A stretch of 64,000 nt of DNA from Octopus vulgaris (lineage: Eukaryota): assembly GCA_951406725.2 (NCBI GenBank), contig OX597827.1, positions 43,338,001 to 43,402,000 of the forward strand. The letters are read 5' to 3'. The position numbers and the translations under genes are program-made. The notes beneath the pieces are model-generated. The model worked only from the letters and a program-made list of their open reading frames with translations. It was not told where the DNA came from and did no database searches. Of this stretch, positions 55,633-64,000 are shown piece after piece. Within the stretch, counting starts at the first letter, position 1, and each line of letters begins with the position of its first letter.

Positions 55633-56029
55633 CGTGTGTCTCTGGTGTTTGCGTATATATATATATATATACTCATATATATGTATGTATGTATGTTTAT
55701 GTATATATACACACATAAACACAAAGAAAATATATGTCCACCCATACACACATGTACAGTGAAAAACATATCAGATACATCCACCCAAAGTAAGACGGGA
55801 ATAAAAGCACACAGCTAAATCGCGAAAGTACAAGCCCTTTAAATATTCACTTACACAAAGACACAGGCACTGACACACATGCTCAGATTGTCACACGCAT
55901 ATACTCATGTGCGTATATTTACATCTACCCACTCAGCTTTACACGCAACACACACACACACACACTTAGACATATAAAGACTTGCATGCAGAAACACACA
56001 TGTACACACATACTGCATTTCGCTTAAGA

Positions 56030-56212
56030 AGTGGCTGCGTGGTAAGAACTTTCCTGCCTAACTACATGGAATCTTGGGTAGGTACCTTGTTCTATAGCCT
56101 CGAGCCGACCAAATCCTTGTGAATGGATTTGGCTGACGGAAACTGAAAGAAGCCCGTCGTGTGTGTGTCTGGACGTATTCATGTGTGTGTGTGTATGTAC
56201 ATATTCCTGTAT

Positions 56213-56265
<53 letters not shown>

Positions 56266-56457
56266 CGTGTGTGTGTAGTCTTTGTATCTGTGTTTGCGTC
56301 CACACCAATGCCAGACAACCGGTATTGGTGTGTTTATGTATCCGTAACCTAGCGGTTCACTAATAGGAAGCGATAGAAGAAGTACCAGACTAAAAAATCT
56401 TGAAAGCGCTGCCCCAGAATGGCCGCAGTCGAATGAATGAAACAAGTGAAAGATAAA
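56030..56457 (+). mobile_element. SINE family A, diverged
   Basis: GTGGCTGCGTGGTAAG head through GAATGAATGAAACAAGTGAAAGATAAAA tail. Confidence 0.82.
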
Positions 56458-56627
56458 ATGTATCGGTGACGGCGTGGCTGTGTGGTAAGTAGCTTGCTTG
56501 CCAATCACACGGTTCCGGGTTCAGTCCCACTGCGTGCCATCTTGAGCAAGTGTCTTCTACTATGGTTTCGGGTCGACCAAAGCCTTGTGAGTGGATTTGG
56601 TTGATGGAAACTGAAAGAATCCCGTCG

Positions 56628-56681
<54 letters not shown>

Positions 56682-56682
<1 letters not shown>

Positions 56683-58596
56683 TTGGGTTCGTCAAGTACT
56701 AAAGGTTGTCGCGGTTACGTGGGATCAGATCCTAGTGACAACGTAGGTGAGTTGAGTATAGAAATTCGGGGTGAGTACTTGATAATTATAAGCACCTGTG
56801 TATACCGTTTGGTGGTGTAGGTGGTGGAGTAAATTGATCAAAATAAAAACATGATGCGAAGGATTCAGCGGTACATATGTTTCGGGCCTTTATTAGACAG
56901 ATTTATAACAATGCATAATGTATGTCTATTTTATTTTATTTTATTTTATTTTTATTTTTACTTTTATTTTTACTTTTATTCTACTTCGATTTATTTTATT
57001 TTATTTTTATTTTTACTTTTATTTTTACTTTTATTCTACTTCGATTTATTCTCATTTTTATTTTCATCCCTTACCTTAACTCTTATAATTTTTATAATTT
57101 TTATATTTCATTTCTAACTTTTACATTGTATTTCTTATTTTATACTGTATTTCTTACTTTTATTTCTAATTTTTACCCTTACCCTCATTCTTACCCCTAA
57201 CTTATCGCTTTATATCTCTATATATGTCTATTTTTTTTGCTTATCCCTTATTTACTTACCTATGGATCCACTTTATGATTATACGAGCGTCCGTGTACGT
57301 ATGTATACGTATACATATATGTACATATGTACGAGTAAACATCTACGTCTGGATGTACATACCCCGTATTTCTTTTTTTTTACATGTTTTCTTATATTCA
57401 TATGTTTACACCTATTTGTATACACCTTTTAATATCTTATAGCTATACCCATATGCGCGTATGTCTCTGTGTGTATGTAAGTGTATACGTGCACGCACAT
57501 ATGGACACACAGCCGTGTGTGCGTGCACGTGTAGACGTGAGTGCGTGATTCTTTACATACGTTCTTATATACATCCTTTAATATCTTATATCTAAACCTG
57601 GAAGCGTGGGCATATGCGTATGTGTATGTAGGGATGGGCGCACGTATGTACATATGGGTGTGTACACGTATAATGTCCGTGTATACATGCGGATATTCTG
57701 TTGTATGTATGTATATGTACGCGCGTGCGTGTGGGTGTGTGTGTGTTTATGTACATGTTTACACGCGAGTGCGTGTGTATGCTTATAGGCTTGGAGGCGT
57801 ATATGTACGCGTGTATATGGGTGTATGTATCCATGATGGTATGTATGTACTAGATGACCAATTAATTCAAAGAACCAGATTAAACGCTCAACAGCTCTGA
57901 TTTACAACACATTAGGTCCCCAGACGAAACTGTTGATTTATTGACACCCAAAACTTCTACAACTAAATTTTATCAATCTCCTGACCACCATGTTTGGTCC
58001 ATAACCTTCTATACATCCCTTATCTTTATATTTTTTTACATTTTTATCATGTTTATTCCTATTTTTATTTTTTTACTTTTTACTTTTATTTCTATTTCTA
58101 TTTTTACTTTATAACCTTATGCCTTTACATTTATTTATATTTCTTTATATTTCTTTATATTCTTTATACCCCCTCTACATCTCCTTATATCCCTTTATAT
58201 CTTTACACTCTACATTTTTATATTTTTCTATACTTACACTTTTTATACATTTTTTATCCCTCGTCCTGAATTCTCGCCCCTCCATCTTCACGTCTATATA
58301 TGTATTTATTTATTTACATTACTTCAACATCCAAATTTCCTCATTCTACATTGAGAGAAGAAAGAGATGGAAGCTTCAATTCTATGCTGCTGCCGCATTA
58401 TGTCGTACGCGAATGAGAGGATTTGCATCCCCAACCAAGAATTTTTGATGTAACACATGTCCTTGTGGAAGCTGTTGTGCGCGGCTGAAGAAGGCCACAG
58501 ACATACATTATGCATTGTTATAAATCTGTCTAATAAAGGCCCGAAACATATGTACCGCTGAATCCTTCGCATCATGTTTTTATTTTGATCAATTTA

Positions 58597-58598
<2 letters not shown>
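56682..58598 (+). mobile_element. Non-coding Penelope-like insertion with a perfect 100-bp inverted repeat
   Basis: 56828-56927 is the exact reverse complement of 58499-58598; T-rich body, HHR at the 3' end, (TA)n at both boundaries. Confidence 0.75.
58481..58558 (+). ncRNA. Type I hammerhead with a large loop II
   Basis: GCGG-CTGAAGA-AGGCC-(41 nt)-GGCCC-GAA-ACATATGT-A^-CCGC. 4-bp GC helix I, 8-nt palindromic helix III, A.C mismatch at the first pair of helix II. Confidence 0.75.
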
Positions 58599-58653
<55 letters not shown>

Positions 58654-58990
58654 ATGTGTGTGTGTATGTATGCGTGTGTGTGTGTGTGTGTGTGTGTCAA
58701 TCTGTGTGTCTGTCACTCACCATCGTTTGACAACCGATGCTGGTCTGTTTATGACACGGTAACTTACCGGTTCAACAAAATAGACCGATAGAATAAGTAC
58801 TAGGCTTACAAAGAATTATGTCCTGGGGGTGGATTTCTTCAACTAAATCCCCTTTTAGGCGGTGCTCCAGCATGACCCCCGTCAACTGACTGCAACAAGT
58901 AAAAGAATAAAAGAATAAAAGAATAATATTTATACACACACACACACACACATGTATGTGTGTGCGTGAAAAGAAACATTTCTAAATTGC

Positions 58991-59404
58991 AAGAAGGAGG
59001 AAGAGAAAGAGGAGGAGCAGGAGAAGGAAGAAGAAGAAGAAAAAGAAGAAGAAGAAGAAGAAGAAGAAGAAGGAAGAAGAAGAAGGAGAAGAAGAAGGAA
59101 GAAGAAGAAGAAAAAGGAAGAAGAAGAAGAAGAAGGAAGAAGGAGAAAGAAGGAGAAAGAAGAAGAAGAAGAAGAAGAAGAAGAAAAAGAAGAAGAAAAA
59201 AAAGAAGAAGAAAGAAGAAGAAGAAGAAGAAGAAGAAGAAGAAGAAGAAGAAGAAGAAGAAGAAGAAGAAGAAGAAGAAGAAGAAGAAGAAGAAGAAGAA
59301 GAAGAAGAAGAAGAAGAAGAAGAAGAAGAAGAAGAAGAAGAAGAAGAAGAAGAAGAAGAAGAAGAAGAAGAAGAAAAAGAAGAAGGAAAGGAAGATGAGG
59401 AGGA
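58991..59404. repeat. (AAG)n purine tract
   Basis: Directly visible. Confidence 0.95.
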
Positions 59405-59673
59405 GCAGTGACAGCAGCAACAGCCAAACAGACTTCTTAAGTCGGTTATTTTCTGTAGATGGTTATTTTCAACATTAACAAATAATCATGGCAGCTTGCT
59501 TCCAACAGAAACGCCTGTGCGGAGAGGGCTTTCATCCATGATCAGATATTTGTTTCTCGTTTTCTCTCTGTCGCTCTCTCTTTCCTTTGTTTTTCTCTGT
59601 CTCTCCGTATTTGTATGTGAGCATATGTTTGTGTATGTGTGGACGTACATACACACACACATATATATCTATT

Positions 59674-59735
<62 letters not shown>

Positions 59736-59737
<2 letters not shown>

Positions 59738-59896
59738 CGCAGGAGTGGCTGTGTGTTAAGTATCTTGCTAACCAACCACATGGTTCCGGGTTCAGTCCAC
59801 TGCGTGGCATCTTGGGCAAGTGTCTTCTGCTATAGCCCCGGGCCGGCCAATGCCTTGTGAGTGGATTTGGTAGACGGAAATTGAAAGAAGCCCATC

Positions 59897-59952
<56 letters not shown>

Positions 59953-60197
59953 ATATATATGTATATATATATATATATGTGTGTGTGTGTTTGTGTGTCT
60001 GTGTTTGTCCCCCTAGCATTGCTTGAAAACCGATGCTGGTGTGTTTATGTATCCGTTACTTAGCGGTTCGGCAAAAGAGACGATAGAATAAGTACCGGGC
60101 TTACAAAAAGAATAAGTCCCGTGGTCGAGTTGCTCGATTAAAGGCGGTGCTCCAGCATGGCCGCAGTCAAATGACTGAAACAAATAAAAGAGTAAAA
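59736..60197 (+). mobile_element. Full-length SINE family A
   Basis: GGCGCAGGAGTGGCTGTG head through AATGACTGAAACAAATAAAAGAGTAAAA tail. Confidence 0.93.
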
Positions 60198-60229
60198 TAG
60201 TATATATTTGTGTGTGCGTGGTGTTTGTG

Positions 60230-60500
60230 TGTGTGGATTTGTACGTGGATTTCGTCGACGGAAAGTGAACACAGCACATAATCTGTATGTGTGTGTGTGT
60301 GTGTGTGTCTTTGTCTCGTACCCACCAGGCTTGTCAACCGGTGTTGGCTTCTTTCCGTCCTCGGTGACGAAAAGAGATCGATAGAGTAACTAACAGGCTT
60401 TAACAAAGATTAATCAATGAGCTCGATTTGTTCGGCTCGAACCCTATAATCCGTTGCCCCAGTAGGGCCACAGTCCAGTGATTGAAAGATAAAAGAGCGA
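60230..60500 (+). mobile_element. Old SINE family A relic
   Basis: GTGGATTTCGTCGACGGAAAGTGAA...CCAGTAGGGCCACAGTCCAGTGATTGAAAG. Confidence 0.65.
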
Positions 60501-60539
60501 AGAAAACAGTCTCTAAACCTATGATGCATTTTTTTTTAT

Positions 60540-61330
60540 TCTAGGTACAAGGCCCGAAATTTTGGTAGAAGGGGCCAGTCAATTAGACCGACCCTAGTGC
60601 GCAAGTGGTACTTAATTTATCGACTCCGAAAAGATGAAAGGCAAAGTCGACCTCTACAGAATTTGAACCCAGAACGTAAAGACAGATGACATATCTATTT
60701 CTTTACTACCCACAAGGCGCAAGGCTTGAAATTTCTTGGTGGGGTGGGGGCTAGTCGATTACATCGACCCCAATGCATCACTAGTACTTAATTTATCGGC
60801 CTCGAAAGGATGGAAGGTAAAGTCGACCAGGGTGGAATTTGAACTCAGAACGTAGCAGCAGACGAAATACACCTAAGCATTTCACCCGGCGTGCTAACAT
60901 TTCTGCCAGTTCACCGCCTTTAAACACCAGTTAAATATCTTTTCTACTCTAGGCACAAGGTCCGAAATTTTGGGAGAAGAGGAAGTCGATTAGATCGACC
61001 CCAGTACGTAACTGGTAGTTAATTTATCGACCCTGAAAGGATGAAAAGCAAAGTCGACCTCGGCGGAATTTGAACTCAGGATGAAATACCTATTTCTATT
61101 TCTTTACTACCCACAAGGGGCTAAACACAGAGAGGACAAACAAAGACAGACAAAACGGATTAAGTCGATTATATCGACCCCAGTGCGTAACTGGTACTTA
61201 TTTAATCGACCACGAAAGGATGAAAGGCAAAGTCGACCTCGGCGGAATTTGAACTCAGAACGTAGCGGCAGACGACATACCGCTAAGCTTTTCACCCGGC
61301 GTGCTAACGTTTCTACCAGTTCAAAGCCTT
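60540..61330 (-). mobile_element. Cluster of four SINE family B units
   Basis: GAAAGGATGAAAGGCAAAGTCGACCTCGGCGGAATTTGAACTCAG-type core four times; heads end near 60920 and 61330. Confidence 0.88.
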
Positions 61331-61391
61331 ATGACACATTCAGTATTTTGTCGTTGAATTTTCTTTCTATTTCGGAACAACAAGAGCGTAT

Positions 61392-61530
61392 TCTTCAAAT
61401 TCTGCCGAGGCCGTCATTGCTCTTTATCCTTTCGGGGTCAATAAAATAAGTACCAGTTGAATACTGAGGTTGATGTAATCGATTTGCCCCTACTCCCGAA
61501 ACTGCTGGCCTTGTGCCAATTTTGAAACAA
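61392..61530 (+). mobile_element. SINE family B body, old
   Basis: TTCAAATTCTGCCGAGG...TTTATCCTTTCGGGGTCAATAAAATAAGTACCAG. Confidence 0.75.
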
Positions 61531-61531
61531 A

Positions 61532-63344
<1,813 letters not shown>

Positions 63345-63354
63345 CGTAAGTACA

Positions 63355-63510
63355 GCGAGCTTCTTTCAGTTTCCGTCTACCAAATCCACCCACAAGGCTT
63401 TGGTCGGCACGAGGCTATAGTAGAAGACACTTGCCCAAGGTGCCATGCAGTGGGACTGAACCCGGAACTATGTGGTTGGTAAACAAGTTACTTAGCACAC
63501 AGCCACTCCT
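63355..63510 (-). mobile_element. SINE family A 5' half
   Basis: CTTCTTTCAGTTTCCGTCTACCAAATCC...CACAGCCACTCCT. Confidence 0.88.
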
Positions 63511-63543
63511 AAACACGCGCATACATATGTACTTATGCATATA

Positions 63544-64000
63544 TGTGTGTATATGTATGCATATGTTTATGTACGTGTGTTTGCATATATATATATGTGT
63601 ATATATACATACGCGTTGTACACATATAAGTGTATACATACGCATACCTATAGATGAATATATATGTTATATGTATGTATAGATATGCGTTCAGATAAAT
63701 ATATATACATGCGGATGCATACAATTGCGTGTATATGTATGTATATGTTTATGTACGTGTGTTTGTATATATATATATATATGTGTATATATATATACAT
63801 ACGCGTTGTATACATATAAGTGTATACATACGCATACCTATAGATGAATATATATGTTTTATATGTATGTATAGATATGCTTTTATATGTATAGATATGC
63901 GTACAGATAAATATATATACATGCGGATGCATACAATTGCGTGTATATGTATGTATATGTTTATGTACGTGTGTTTATATATATATATATATATGTGTAT
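63544..64000. repeat. Tandem repeat with ~185-210 bp units running off the window end
   Basis: CATACGCGTTGTA...CGCATACCTATAGATGAAT...CATGCGGATGCATACAATTGCG occurs twice; units start ~63544, 63727 and 63938. Confidence 0.88.

Larger units (their letters stand above)
56470..58925 (+). mobile_element. SINE family A split by an insertion (5' half 56470-56680, 3' half 58599-58925)
   Basis: The head ends at the internal (TA)n, and the body resumes after (TA)n(TG)n with TTGACAACCGATGCTGG and the tail. Confidence 0.75.

Overview
Repeat-saturated, AT-rich eukaryotic non-coding DNA. The tRNA-derived SINE families and extreme microsatellite load resemble an octopus (cephalopod) genome; this is an inference. 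No intact host gene is supported, and nearly all listed ORFs are microsatellite translations. The real coding remnants are all transposon-derived: a 5'-truncated R4/Dong element in (TAA)n (61608-63197), a Neptune-type Penelope GIY-YIG fragment (54875-55632), two older Penelope-like relics, CR1/Jockey-like, RTE-like and HERO-like LINE fragments, a split mariner and a mariner MITE. There are about 25 SINE copies of four families and a ~2.2 kb tandem duplication. The main hidden signal is RNA-structural: about a dozen hammerhead ribozyme (HHR) motifs on both strands, mostly minimal forms in Penelope-type terminal repeats. One canonical three-helix HHR (5224-5272, minus) sits at the centre of a 136-bp fold-back mini-element in a TA tract. 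All structures were paired by eye and no database search was run.
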